DNA of 64,000 nucleotides from Pelomyxa schiedti (GCA_020536535.1 JAHLWZ010000381.1:1-64000), one strand, 5' to 3'. Shown: positions 9,794-22,087, counted from the stretch's first letter. The notes: a model not told the origin generated them from the sequence alone. A program made the numbers and translations.

Positions 9794-12700
9794 ATGGCGT
9801 CAACGGGCGGGTGCTGCGTGCTGCTGTGCGTGGGTAGTGTGGACACAAAAAAGAAGGCAAGGAGTCAACTGCGTGAGTGTGTCAACAAAGTGAAAGGCTT
9901 CACCACAAGTTTCGTCTTCGGCCCAAAGGTCCGTGCGTGCTTTGGTTGTGTTTTTTTTTGGTTTTTTTGTTTTGTTTTTTGTGTTTTGGTTTTTTGCTTT
10001 TGGTTGTCTGTGATCATGTTAATTTTTTTTTCTCTTGGTTGTGTGGACTGCACAGGTGACACACGTAGTCGTTGACGATGTCGGCTGGAGGATATTTTCT
10101 ATTTCTCCAAGGAAGATTGACTTGATAAAGAGATTGCGGATACACGTGGTGAGTTGGATGTTTGAAATTTCCGGAATCTTGTTAGCCACCTTTTTTTTAC
10201 GACTCTATTTGAATTAGGTTACACCTGCCTTTTTAGATGCCTGTACATCAAATAGCAGAATTATGGAATGCTCAGATTTTGTGTATAATACTGTGAAGGA
10301 GGTTGTACTGAGCACAGAACCTCAGATATACTTGCCACCACAAGAACCAGACCCTGTACCTCCTGCGCCTGCTGCCTCCAGGGATACTTATATTCGAAGG
10401 GAAGTCATTGTTCCCTACAAATCCAAAGATGACCCTTTTAATGAAGCGGGTGCCTGGCTCGTTCAACACCATCTACTGCAAAAGCCATCATGGTTAGATC
10501 ATTTTCGTTTCTAAGTATCCCTCTTTTCTAATTCGTTTCTAGCTTGGTGAAACTAGAATTGCATACCCGCAGCTCTTCTGATAATGCTTGGCGTGTGTAT
10601 GAAGAAGTTGTGCCATGCCTTTCCACTGTGCCACCACAGACAAATACTCAGGGGAAATCAAAAAAGACCATCTCCCAACCAACACACAGGAGGCTGAGCC
10701 ATCTCTTAGCCTCGGCCTCAGAGGCTATTTCTGTGTACTCCGCTCTCTATGAGAATTATACCAACGTTGAAGGCTACACCCGCGTTGGAATACCTCCGTT
10801 TTCTTCCTTGGGATCAGATTTGGTATATGCTTCTCCAACGTTCTTTTTTTAACTATTAAAAGATAGGTAATGGATTAAGTCCCGGGTCTGTTCTTCCTGC
10901 AATGATATCACAGCTTGTGCAAGTCATTTTTAACGGTCAGTGATGATAGAACTCTGTTTTCGAATAACATTTTTCAGCTTCATCTTCTAAGTTTGCTGGC
11001 TTGAATACTATGACACTGGATATATCATTAGACACTCTAAATGAGGCAGAGGCTATTCTATGGTCCCTGCAAGAGCTTAGCCTTTCCAATCAACAAGGCT
11101 CTCCGAAATTCATTGAGGTATGGCACTTGAACTCGATCTTTCTCTGTGTAAATTATTTTAACAGCTAAATGATAAACTTTCCTCGTTGCTCCCATTTAGT
11201 GATCAGCACATAACCTCAAATGAAGCATTGCTTGAGAAATATGAGTTCATCCAAACTCTAAAAGATTCTCTTTGCCTGAATGAAGGTACCCACTAAACGT
11301 GCATATTTAAGCTAATTTTCACCAGGGATCACACTTCCAGGCAGTTCTGTACAGTCCAACTCCATCATAGATATGCATTACCGCAGTCTCAATTGTCGTT
11401 TGGAATATACAGATGATCCTGCTGTGAGAGAGCTAACTTCCCGTGTCCAAGCCTCTCTAACATCAGCCCCTACCTTGCTACACGTGGAACATGTGTTTCA
11501 TGTTGCGCGCCCTTCGGAAAATGAAGTCTTTTCTAATGTGGGTAATGTGAAACTTCTATTTCACGGTACCAAAGTGGAGCGGGTAGCTGGTATTCTTTCA
11601 CATGGACTGGTTTTACCAAAGGTTTCCCTCAAAGCAATTCGATCTATTTTCTCAGTGCCTTAGGTTTCTGTAACTAAACTTGGAATCAAGAGAGTGGATG
11701 CTGGCCAACTTGGGGTGCACATTTGTTTCGTTTAGTTTCGTTTTACATGCCCTACAGAATGGTATATACTTTGCAACAGATGCCGCTGTAAGTGCTAAAT
11801 ACTGTAACTCTTTTGGGGAAACGTCGTTCCTATTGGTGGCTTCAGTTTCCTTAGGCAAATCTATGGATACACCAGCTCCACGAGTAGGAACCACTGCCGA
11901 CACTTTACCCAACGGGTATCTGGAAATTCGAAGGGAATTTATTCTCTAATATGTTTCTTCAGATTCCACAGTGTGCACTCCATCCCGAGGCATACCGACC
12001 CCAACTCGGCCTTCGAGGATGAGGAATTCTGTGTACCTCTCCCAATTTGTGAAACTGCATCATGACCACCGACAGGTATTTGATAGCCGACAAATAATCC
12101 TGGAATACATTATCCAACTTACAAAAGCCCCTAAATCAATACCATCAACACTACCAATGCCGTCTTTTCCACAAGTTTCAATCTCTGATCCAACCACCGC
12201 CCCAGACGATCTGAAGTCTATTTTTCTTGCACCACCTTCTCTCAGCGTTTCACCCACGAAAAAGCAATCTCCTGTATACCCGGTTTTGATTGGTCAAGGC
12301 GGAGTACGTTTTTCAGTTGAAAGTACAACTGTGGCAGCCAGAATACTTGATTTAGTGGCTGAAGTTGTAGTTATTCAACATTTTAGCAATACTGGCGTTG
12401 TAGCTTGTGAAGCGAAGTATATATGCCCAATAGATAGCCATGGTTGTATATCTGCCCCCACAATACTCTAACCTCTCCTAGCTGCTGTTTGTGCTTTCGA
12501 ATGTTACATAAATGACAAGCATGTAGTGGCACACATAGAAGAAAAAGGTCTTTTTCTTTTTTTATTGTGCCAATTGAAACAATGTCAAATATTAGGTAAG
12601 GCTCGAAAAGAATACAAAGAAGGTACACGTTTGTGCTTGACTTTTTTGTAACTTATAAGAATACAGCAATTGAGCAAGGGCATGGAGCGTAGGTAAGCCA

Positions 12701-15700
12701 GATTCCTTCTACTTCTTTACCTCTATTAGGTATTTACTCGAAGAAGAATCCCCAGATGCATGGTGCATGTCTCTTGGAAATCTTCCAGGCATATCTTGCC
12801 ATGATGTTCTTACTTCCTCTTATTCTTCAAAGCAAACGCCGAAATTGTTGTTAAAATTACATATGTGGAAGACCTGGCTTTAGCATCTAATGGGGTAAGT
12901 CCGTCAAAAGTAGTGAAATTTGTGTCTAATCAACAATACTCAGATTACCTTTACCTTACCTGCGGCTCTTGCCGGCCGTGAGGACCGTCTCAATAGTGTA
13001 ACAACAACCCAAACGGCAGTTGCAACAGTTATCAAAGTATGCTCCAAACAACTAGGGTAGGTATCTCATTTAGTCAGGCTCATTCCAGCGCGCCGTCATT
13101 CCATTTGGAAGCGGGAATTACTATGCCCTATGACATCACTGGCATCACTTCACCATCTCATTTGAAAGATGTTCAAGTGAAACACACCAACACAAAGGCA
13201 ACTGTCAGGGCTTTAATGACGGAACTTACAGCAGACTTTGTACTACTTATTTCTATCAAGAACGCCCATGAACCCCGAATGTGGTTGGAAGTAAAGGACT
13301 CATCTCTACTGCTTTTTACTTAACACTTTCAGGTGGATGATACACAAAACTGGGCAGCGATGATTTCTATATCCCCAGATTTTCAAAATTATATACAGTC
13401 TGCCTGTCAGAGCAGATCTGAGGTCATATTCGTGGTTGACAGGTCCATAAGCATGGCCTCCAATCTTGCAACTTTACGTTGGGCTCTTCAGGTAATCAGA
13501 TGGATGATTTTGCACTCTCACGAAACTCAGATACTCATATCCCAACTGGGAAGTGAGGATATGTTTAATGTAGTTGGATTTGGATCCCACTTTGAGTCGT
13601 TATTTGTACAGTCGCAATCTGCAACTTCCGCCAAACCTGTCGGGTACAGATATGCCCAAATGTTACAAGCCACCTTTGGGGGTACTTCCCGTCACCATAC
13701 CTCCCTCCCCAAGCTTAATCACCTTTTTCAACAGGCACAAATCTTTACTCTGTTCTCAGAGCAGTGTTTTCTCTTGGTCAATCCAATGACTTCTCTTCAA
13801 GAACAGTAATCCTTCTCACTGATGGCCTTTTTGACATTTTTCCCGTATTGCCCATAGTGAAAAGGTGGAGAGACTCCTTGTATCTCAGTATTAAATCTGT
13901 TTAGTGCCCGGGCTCACACCAAACTATTTACTGTTGGAATCGGGGAGGCATCCAGGCATTCTATTTGCACCCTTGCACGGATAGGTGGGGGATGCTGTCA
14001 GTTCGTTCCATCCAATCCCTCACCCAAACATGAGAAACTGTTGAATCACATGTTAGCACAACGAAATCAAAATGTGGCTTCCCTAAATTTGGAACATTCT
14101 TATACTGTTTTAGACTTTATCTGGTATAAACATCAAGTGGCACACAACACACACAATTAAGCAAGTACCCTCTGAAATTTACAATATGTTTCAGAATCAG
14201 GTTTTCCTCCAAGACTAGTTTTCCTTTTTCTAACACATTAAAGTCTTATACTATTTATGGTCTCCTTAGTGGCATATGTAACCAGGTGTCAATTCAGGGG
14301 AATATCGGAGCACAGTTTTACCCTCACCCAATAAATTAGTGGTAATCGAGAGCAGGGAGTTTTCCACAACAGTGTCATCAAGTGAACTTACTGCTACACA
14401 TGGCACATTGATTCACAAACTGGCAGCCAGAGAGCTTATTCGAGATTGGGGGGAAAATTCTCTCCACGAACAGGATACAGAGCACTTTGTACAAAAAAAT
14501 AATATGGTTTCAGATGTTATTGCTCTAAGTAAAAAGTATGGATATCAAAATACAAAAATGGAGTTAGGATAGTAATATACTACAAAAAGGTATGGCTTCA
14601 TCACTCCTTTTACTTCTTTTGTGGCAGTGGAAGAGAGAAACCGTAATGACGCCTTAGTTTTGAAAGCACCTTCAGTGAAAGAGATTGTATCAGAGTCTAA
14701 ATTTTTGTACTTCCTTTGACTGCCAACAGCTGCAAGGCCATGACGTCGATGAAATCAAAGAAATTGCTTGGGAGCATGACCTTGAACCAGTCCCAAAGAA
14801 GGACGAACTTCAGAAACAACGAGATTCAAATTCCTTTTCCATTGCTCTTTATGGTGACCCACAGACTGGTATAAAAACTCACCCACACTTTTACCTCCTA
14901 AGACATCTCAAGGTAAAACAGCTTGGCTAAAACGCATGGTTTTTCCTTCAAATTTGCAACCCAATCCCCATTTATACAACTACAGCTGAGCGGGGAGTTT
15001 GAGCACAAATACATTGTAACCCAGGAGCCAGAGCAATTCAAACTGACTCTAAGTACAAATCGAGGTGCTATCCACTTTAATTTGTACGACATGCCTGGTG
15101 TAGCTACCAGCACAGCAACCCCTCCTACTGCCCATGATGGTAGTATAGTCTTCTTTGACGTTACTTCTCGCGCGTCATATAAAAATCTGCCCATCTGGTA
15201 CATGAAGGCTGGAAGCACTTCCGGTTCACCTACAAGTCCAGTTGTTGTATTTGTTGGCAATAAAGTGGACTGCTCAGAACGGAAACTTCATGCTCGACAA
15301 ATTGTCTTTCATAAGAAAAAGGTATTGGCTCTCCTTTCTCAAGTGTCTTCCTGATTGCCAATTTAGAATTGCAAGTACTATGACCTAAGGTACCTCCTTT
15401 TATGATATCCACTCTTAAGTATTTACTCTTTAGTGTTAAATCTTCGTACAACCTGGAGTCACCTCTACTAAGTCTTGCCCGGTCCCTTTTATGGTTGTGC
15501 ACAATCCTTCTCCCTGAATTTAATTCTTCTCAGTGACCCACAATTGGAGTTTGTTCAAGAAGTGGCACTTGCTCCACCTGAAGTAACTTTGGATCAGGCA
15601 TTAATAAAGAGGTGGGAACAGGATTTAGCTGATGCAGCATCAATCCCCCTTCCCGATGAGGATGATGACTTTGGAGGCACTGTTCCATCCAGTGCTGTCG

Positions 15701-17971
15701 CTCCTCAGCATGCAGTGCCGTCCAGTACCTTTGATTTCGCTCTCCGACCAAGCAAAGAAAAAAGTGCACCAGGTCCAACAGGCTTTTTCAGTCAATCTGC
15801 TACAGTTCCATCTGTGCAAGCTTCTGTTACCCATTCAGTACCATCTCTTTTTAGCTCTCCAGTTGCACCTTCCTTTAATTTCGCTTCACAAGCCACTACC
15901 TCTCGAGGGTTATTTTCTCCCCAAGGACAAGTGACGTCAACTCAACCTTCTCCTCTATTTGGCGCACCTCTGCCCTCCTATACTCCACCGGCCCCGTCAC
16001 CTTTTGGTAGTTCTTCATCATTGTTTTCTGGCAGTTCGTTTGGATCTCAACCACAACCTTCTACCGCTGCATTTGGCACTGCAAGCACTTCTTCACTTTT
16101 TGGCGGATCCCAACAGGTACCTGCCTCGAGTGGGGGCGCTGTGAGTGCGTTTGGAGCTCTAGCATCTCCTACTTCCGTTTTTCCACAGGCATCATTTGGC
16201 ATGGCAAGCCCTGCAATGTCCACTACAATCCCTGCAGCCACTTGTTGTCTGCCGTCCATCTTTCCTGCAGCCAGTTCTACTACTTCCACTCTCTTTTCTG
16301 CACCACAAATATTTCCCTCGGCCGCATCTTCCACAGCACAGTTGTTCCCAGCGCCTCAATTGTCCTCTTTCCCAACATTCAGTCTACCGGCCACTCCTGC
16401 AGCCAGTTGTACGTCCACCTTCAGTCTACAGGCCTTTCCTGCAGCCAGTTCTACTACTTCCACTCTCTTTTCTACACCACAAGTATTTTCCTCTGCACCA
16501 ACTTCCGTAACGGCGTTGCCGCCGGCGCAGCAATTACCGTCTTCCGCCACTTTTGCTCCACCCACTACTCCACAGCTCAGGTCTCCACATCCTGGGACTG
16601 GAACAATTTCATTTGCAGCTGCCAGAGCGCGAAGCAAGGCATTTCAAAATAGGAAACACTCTGAATCAGATATTAGTAATACAAGCAAGTCTTCAATTGA
16701 CCCTCCCTTGCCTCCGTTCTGCTGCCGTGCTTGTTGCAGCCCCTCCACACTCAGTGATTCCCAATTGCAGTTTGTACTTAAGGGACCTAAGAATACGAAG
16801 AGGATCTGGGGTGTGTGCTGGATGGATGCCGTTCTTGCATTAGCATCAACCTTGTCACCTTTACGTGACTGGGCATGTTGTACTAGGAACGGAGAACCTC
16901 CTATTGGCTATGCTGGCAGCTTACTTGAGTGTATCACATCATTTTTCCGCTGTTGGATGTAAGTAATTCATCAACCTATCAATGTTTCAACCCCTTAAGA
17001 TCTGAGGACGTAGGAAGTGTAACTTACAATAAGTATCTGAATACGACACACAAACGCACAGCAAGCAAATTTTCCGATCTCGGATTCGCCGAAGGAAAGC
17101 CACAGTGCGTTGTCAAGGCACTCAATTGCTTGATTGAGGAAGCTTCACTATTTATTACAGAGGTAGGTAGAACATTCATGCTTTCCCTTACAAGCATGAC
17201 TGTACAGGTACGAGACATTATTACTGTGCCCTCCACAAATCTTGGGGAGATCCTCACACGTAAATTGGAACAAATAATTCCGCAAATAATCACAATTTCA
17301 GAGTTTACTGTTGCAAGTGCACCTCCAAAGTGGATCATATGTATAAATAGTACATGCAGGAAGATACCTCGTACCACTTTATACCAATACAAGCTAGGTC
17401 TAATTTGATTTTGATAGGGATACCAGACGATTGTGCCTATGTTTTGCATTCTTTCATTGTATTTGAACCCATTGGGAAGTATTTTGACATGCCGGTGAAT
17501 CACTTTGTTACCGTATCCCCCGACCAGAAGGGCTACTGGATATACGATGATCTGTTGTGCCTCACTCCTGGAGGTCTGTGCTCCCCGCACCATGCTTTCC
17601 ACACAGTCGATTCTAATGCCGTAACAACAACAGAATGGCAAGGCGGATTCTGTTCGTGGGACTCTCCGGACAGTACCCAAACATTCAAGAAACTCCGTTC
17701 CAAAGTTCCTGTGAGCACTCCTGATCCCAACCAACACCCTTCTCATGCCAACACATATAATGACCAAACATTAGGTTTTCATTCTACGGCACCAAGATGT
17801 CCCTTGGCCACCAACAAGTACCTACCAGGCTCCTCGTTTGCGCTCCGAACAGTTCTCACAGTACTGAACTCCAACATTCTAAGCATAAAACAGAGAAGCA
17901 TAAAGTTTCGTTTTTTTTTCATGTACACATTCCACACGGCCAAGACACAAAATCTGGTCCGTTCAGAATAA
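9794..17971 (+). CDS. PARP4 (vault PARP)-like protein fused to a Ran-like GTPase, an FG-rich region and a USP-fold (USPL1-like) isopeptidase; 3' end approximate
   Basis: BRCT (GPK|VTHVVVDD), PARP (LLFHGT, GIYFA, AFEDEEF), VIT (AEVVVIQHFSN..EAKYICPID), vWA (IFVVDRSISM), PARP4-like FTSFVAVEER..DVDEIKEIAW, then Ran motifs, FG repeats and Cys/His boxes. The domain junctions lie inside exons. Confidence 0.8.
11373..12120 (+). other. PARP catalytic domain with an intact H-Y-E triad
   Basis: KLLFHGT (His), GIYFATDAAVSAKY (Tyr), FHSVHS..NSAFEDEEF|..QIILEYII (Glu); resembles the human PARP4 motif DFEDDEFVVY..VKMKYII as I recall it. Confidence 0.85.
14830..15670 (+). other. Ran-like small GTPase domain including the C-terminal acidic tail
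   Basis: GDPQTGKT (spliced), LSGEFEHKYIVT, TNRGAIHFNLYDMPG, FDVTSRASYKNLPIW, GNKVD, IVFHKKK|NCKYYDLSVKSSYNLE, DPQLEFVQEVALAPPEVTLD..LPDEDDDF; colinear with Ran throughout. Confidence 0.9.
16260..16488 (+). repeat. Internal ~55-bp direct repeat (16260-16314 and 16434-16488) in the S/T/P/A-rich linker
   Basis: CTTTCCTGCAGCCAGTTCTACTACTTCCACTCTCTTTTCT(G/A)CACCACAA(A/G)TATTT occurs twice, 174 nt apart; encodes FPAASSTTSTLFS(A/T)PQ. Confidence 0.9.
16780..17650 (+). other. USP-fold cysteine isopeptidase domain (C19/C98, USPL1-like)
   Basis: Cys box GPKNTKRIWGVCWMDAVLALASTLSPLRDW (Cys 16816); His box YVLHSFIVF..VNHFVTVSPDQKGYWIYDDL (His 17501, Asp 17546); linked by GT-AG introns that preserve frame. 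Confidence 0.65.
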
Positions 17972-18356
17972 CCCGTCCCACAATTCTACCCCCGAAAGGG
18001 ATGTTTATATTCGACGACGCCGAAAATAAGAAGATTAACTTATTTACAAGTGGACATCATTTGTGTCGCAAGACAGTTTATCTAAACTGTTTACACCCGC
18101 GAAGCGTGGTGCGGTCTCCTGCGAACATTCCTTTGCTTGGAGGCCGTTTTTTTGAAACTAAAATAAAATCGTTTCCATACAATCTATGTTTTCTGAGTAT
18201 CGGGAGTCTTCCACGGGCCAAAGAATACACCTCCCTTTACCAAAAACCAAATAACAATACCGTCTATTAATCTCGATCGAAGGGGGCTTAGTGGGGCAGA
18301 TCTGATACGGAAAAAACAATTTGATTTTGGTCTTTCGCATACCACTTCGTTTATAA

Positions 18357-20702
18357 ATGAAGGGCAAAAAGGGTAGCAGCGGCCACAGTGGAAAGACGAC
18401 CAAGTCTACGTCGACTACGTCTACGTCCACAACCACGTCATCGTCGTCCACCACATCCAAGAGGAAGAGGCCGAGACACGACGCTCGCGAGGAGGNNNNN
18501 NNNNNNNNNNNNNNNNNNNNNNNNNNNNNNNNNNNNNNNNNNNNNNNNNNNNNNNNNNNNNNNNNNNNNNNNNNNNNNNNNNNNNNNNNNNNNNNAGCAG
18601 CGGCCACAGTGGAAAGACGACCAAGTCTACGTCGACTACGTCTACGTCCACAACCACGTCATCGTCGTCCACCACATCCAAGAGGAAGAGGCCGAGACAC
18701 GACGCTCGCGAGGAGGAGGAAGAGGAGGATGACATCATGGTCGACACAGACTCCCCTCACTTGAAAAGTGCGTTGTCGTTGGGGTTGTTTGTTTTTTTTT
18801 TTTTTTTTTCCCTTTTCCCTTTTTTTCCCCCATTATTCCCCCCTTTTTTTAACCATCTCAACAAGTATGGTTTGGTTCTCGTATTTTTTTTTATTTACCA
18901 CTAGTACGATGTTCTTAAATATTTTTTCTTTTCCCTATTAATGTAGTTTAGGGTTGATTCAGGAAGAATACAAGTTATGGAAGAAAAATGCCCCATTTTT
19001 GTACGATATTGTGATTACCCATGCTCTTGAATGGCCATCCAACACTATATCTTGGTTACCAGACAAAATTGAGTGCGTTGCATTTTTTTTTTTTTTTTTT
19101 CTCCCTTTCTTGAATAACAAAACCCTCAACAACAGTACGAAAGATCGGGCAATTACCGAGAAAAGATTGCTACTTGGAACTCTTACAAATGGAACAGACC
19201 AGAATTATCTCATGCTTGGCAGAGTTAAACTTCCCAACGAAAGTTTACAAACTGAATCTGACCGGGAAGGTAGGTGCTTTACGACCTCTTTTTATGGTGT
19301 AATTTAGGTTTGTTAGATTACAGAATGGTCTCAGACAGAATTGAAATTTTTCAGAAAATTCGCCATGATGGTGATGTGAACAGGTAGTGGGAGTCTGTTA
19401 ATTGACCTAATCCTTGACCAGAGCCCGCTCTATGCCACAAAATCATCATCTGATTGCAACCAAGTCCTCCCTCTCGGAAGTGACTATTTTCGATACATCC
19501 AAACATACCGTAACCACCGAACCACCAGGGAAAGTGAAACCACAAATACGGCTTGGCGGTCACACAAAAGAAGGGTCTGTTACTGTGGCAGAATTTCTTT
19601 CCTTACAGTGTCAAGATACGGGCTTGCATGGAACCCAATAAGAAGTGGGATGTTGATCAGTGGTTCAGAAGATTGCTTGATTTGCATGTGGGATATAAAT
19701 GCACGCTCTGCAACACAACCAGTATCACCGAGTAACATATTTAAAGGACACTCTAGTGCTGTGGAGGTACTCCTGTGGATTTTTGGCTCCTAACAAACCT
19801 TGATAACATAAATGCAGGATGTTGCGTGGCATGTAAAACAAGAACATGTTTTTGGATCAGTAGGAGACGATAAACAACTTTTAATGTTGGTATTTCCCTC
19901 CCTCTCGCTTAGCATTTCCACCTGACATACCTCCTAAAAGGTGGGACATAAGAGAGCCAAGTAGATTCGTTCAATCTGTAGTGGCTCATAAAATGGATGT
20001 TCATAGTATTGCTTTCAATCCATTTTGTGAGCACCTCCTTGCTACCTCTTCCGCTGATAAGGTTTGAACAGGAAACTTGAACTTATTATTAAACATTCTT
20101 CCAGACCGTTGCTCTTTGGGACCTTCGTAATCTCAAATCCAGACTTTACGAGCTAGTTGGGCACAGCGATGAAGTTCTTCCTATCGCCTGGTCACCTCAC
20201 TGCGAGTCTGTGATAGGTTCTGCTGGTAGAGACAGGTTTATTTCTCTTTACTACTTTACAAGGCTTTTACCGGAATCACCAGACGTTTGCATGTGTGGGA
20301 CCTCAGCAGAATCGGAGACAAGCAAACCGCCGAAGAAGCAGCAGACGGACCGCCCGAGCTTTTGGTAAGAGTGCATTTGTCCTCATTTGTTCTGATTGCT
20401 GTTGCTAGTTCATTCATGGAGGTCACACTGGCTCCGTGGTCGATTTTGCCTTCGACACCCGTGATCCGTGGCTTATGTCATCAGTCGCGGAAGGCAACAT
20501 TCTTCAGACGTGGAAGATGGTATCTCATCCAACCCGTCGCCCTTCTAATCATTCATTCCACTTACCGATGCTCCTACAGGCTGAGACTATTTTTTCTGAG
20601 TGTGCCTTTACCACCCTTTCACCTGCCCCCACATCAACCGCCTCAACAACAAGCACTAGCACCACCACATCAACAAGTGCCGCAGCAAAGAAAGGTACCT
20701 GA
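18357..20702 (+). CDS. RBBP4: Histone-binding WD40 protein RBBP4/RBBP7/MSI1 family, with Ser/Thr-rich termini
   Basis: [59 protein letters not shown]|[29 protein letters not shown]|FIHGGHT. Exon 1 is interrupted by a gap with a duplicated flank. Confidence 0.93.
18376..18715. other. Scaffold gap (18496-18595) with an exactly duplicated ~120-bp flank (assembly overlap artefact)
   Basis: 18376-18495 is repeated at 18596-18715 across the 100 N. Confidence 0.9.
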
Positions 20703-20871
20703 AATCAGTATCACCTTGAGGTTCTTTTTCTTTCTTTCGAGTGTTGCACCAACGTGTGATGTGTTTATGAAGGAACAAAGAAAGGTGGGAAAAAAAAAGA
20801 TTGTTATCTTTTTTTTGGGTGGTTTGGTGACTTTTTTATTACTTAAAGCATCACAAAGGAAACAAGGCCTT

Positions 20872-21922
20872 TTACAGGTCGAACTGAACAATCTTCTTGG
20901 CACCGGTGATTCTGCCAGTCCTGCGGGCAGCAATAAGACCACACTTCTGACCAGCTGGGCAGCTTCTCTTGACTGTGCTGGGCTTTCCGATGTGCTTGTG
21001 GTTACCACCTCCGAAAGGATGGTCCACAGGCTAAGCGGGGAGAGGGTTGGTGAGAAACAGGGAAATCAGGGAGGAGAAACTTACGTTCATACAAACACCA
21101 CGGACGCGGGGCCAGTTGTTGCGCTTGACTTTGTGTTTCCAGAAGGCGTTACCGGCTTTCAGAATGGGCTTGTCGACCCTGCCACCTCCGGCGCACATTC
21201 CGATCATAGCTCTGCAGTTATTGAAAATAGTCTTCTTCTGGCCTGTTGAGTTTGTTGGAATGACAGGAAAGGGGAAATTAGAATCAATACCGGATGGCAG
21301 TTTGACTTTAGTCCTGCCCTCATCTGGGTTCTGAGATACGACGGTACAATAGTTACCAGTGCACCTGCCAAAGCAACCGCGGTCTCCATATTTACCCTCA
21401 AGGTTGCAAACAATTGTACCCTCAGGAAGCTCAGAGACGGGGAGAACGTTGCCAACGCTGAGGTTAGCTGAGGGGCAGGAGTTATTTTTTTGGTGTAAGA
21501 GGCCGGATTGTTTACCTTTCTTTCCGCAGTAAATGAATTGCCCGGTGTAAAGTCCCTCAGGGGCAATAAAGACCTCTTTCTTCAGGGAGTACTTGTATTG
21601 GTGCCTGAAAACAATGCGAGCAAGTGGTCCACCTCTGCCTGGATCGTGAATGATTTCCTGACATATGATCAATATCGGTACTGCATGAAACGCAAAAACG
21701 GGGCGCCGATGTTTGCCCCACACACCCACTCCTCCCAAACAACAAAAAAAGCACCTTGACAAGCCCCTTGACATATCCGTGTCTCTCACCAAAGTCAATA
21801 GCACGGAAGCGTGCTGGCCCCTTCCGGTGGTGCTTTCGTGCTGTGAAGATGGACCCAGCCCCCATCCTTTGTGCTGTTTGTAATAAGAATAGCGAAACAG
21901 TGTAGAAACGAACGGCAACAAC

Positions 21923-21953
<31 letters not shown>

Positions 21954-22087
21954 AGAAAAGAATGACTAAGAAAAACACCTCAAAAGCGAGGCGACACGCG
22001 GCTAAAAAAACTACGATACTGGCGACAACAGGGGCGACATAGAGAGAGGGGAAAAAACGCGACTATACCCCTGATAATCTTGCCCAT
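20872..22087 (-). CDS. RPL8: 60S ribosomal protein L8 (uL2)
   Basis: MGKIIR|[61 protein letters not shown]|[28 protein letters not shown]. Confidence 0.97.

Noticed and set aside
14830-15670. Ran as an independent gene mis-joined to PARP
   Set aside because: No stop or ATG separates them; the PARP4-conserved residues and the Ran P-loop share one exon, and the Ran tail reads on without a stop.
17024-17767. 247-aa minus-strand ORF
   Set aside because: Antisense to the USP-like exons, which carry recognisable catalytic motifs and + strand splice sites; it has no motifs of its own.
18376-18715. Apparent tandem duplication of the RBBP4 N-terminal exon
   Set aside because: Identical flanks on either side of a 100-N gap; a typical unmerged contig overlap.
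20287-21249. 320-aa + strand ORF spanning the RBBP4 end and RPL8
   Set aside because: Read-through of RBBP4 introns into the antisense strand of RPL8.
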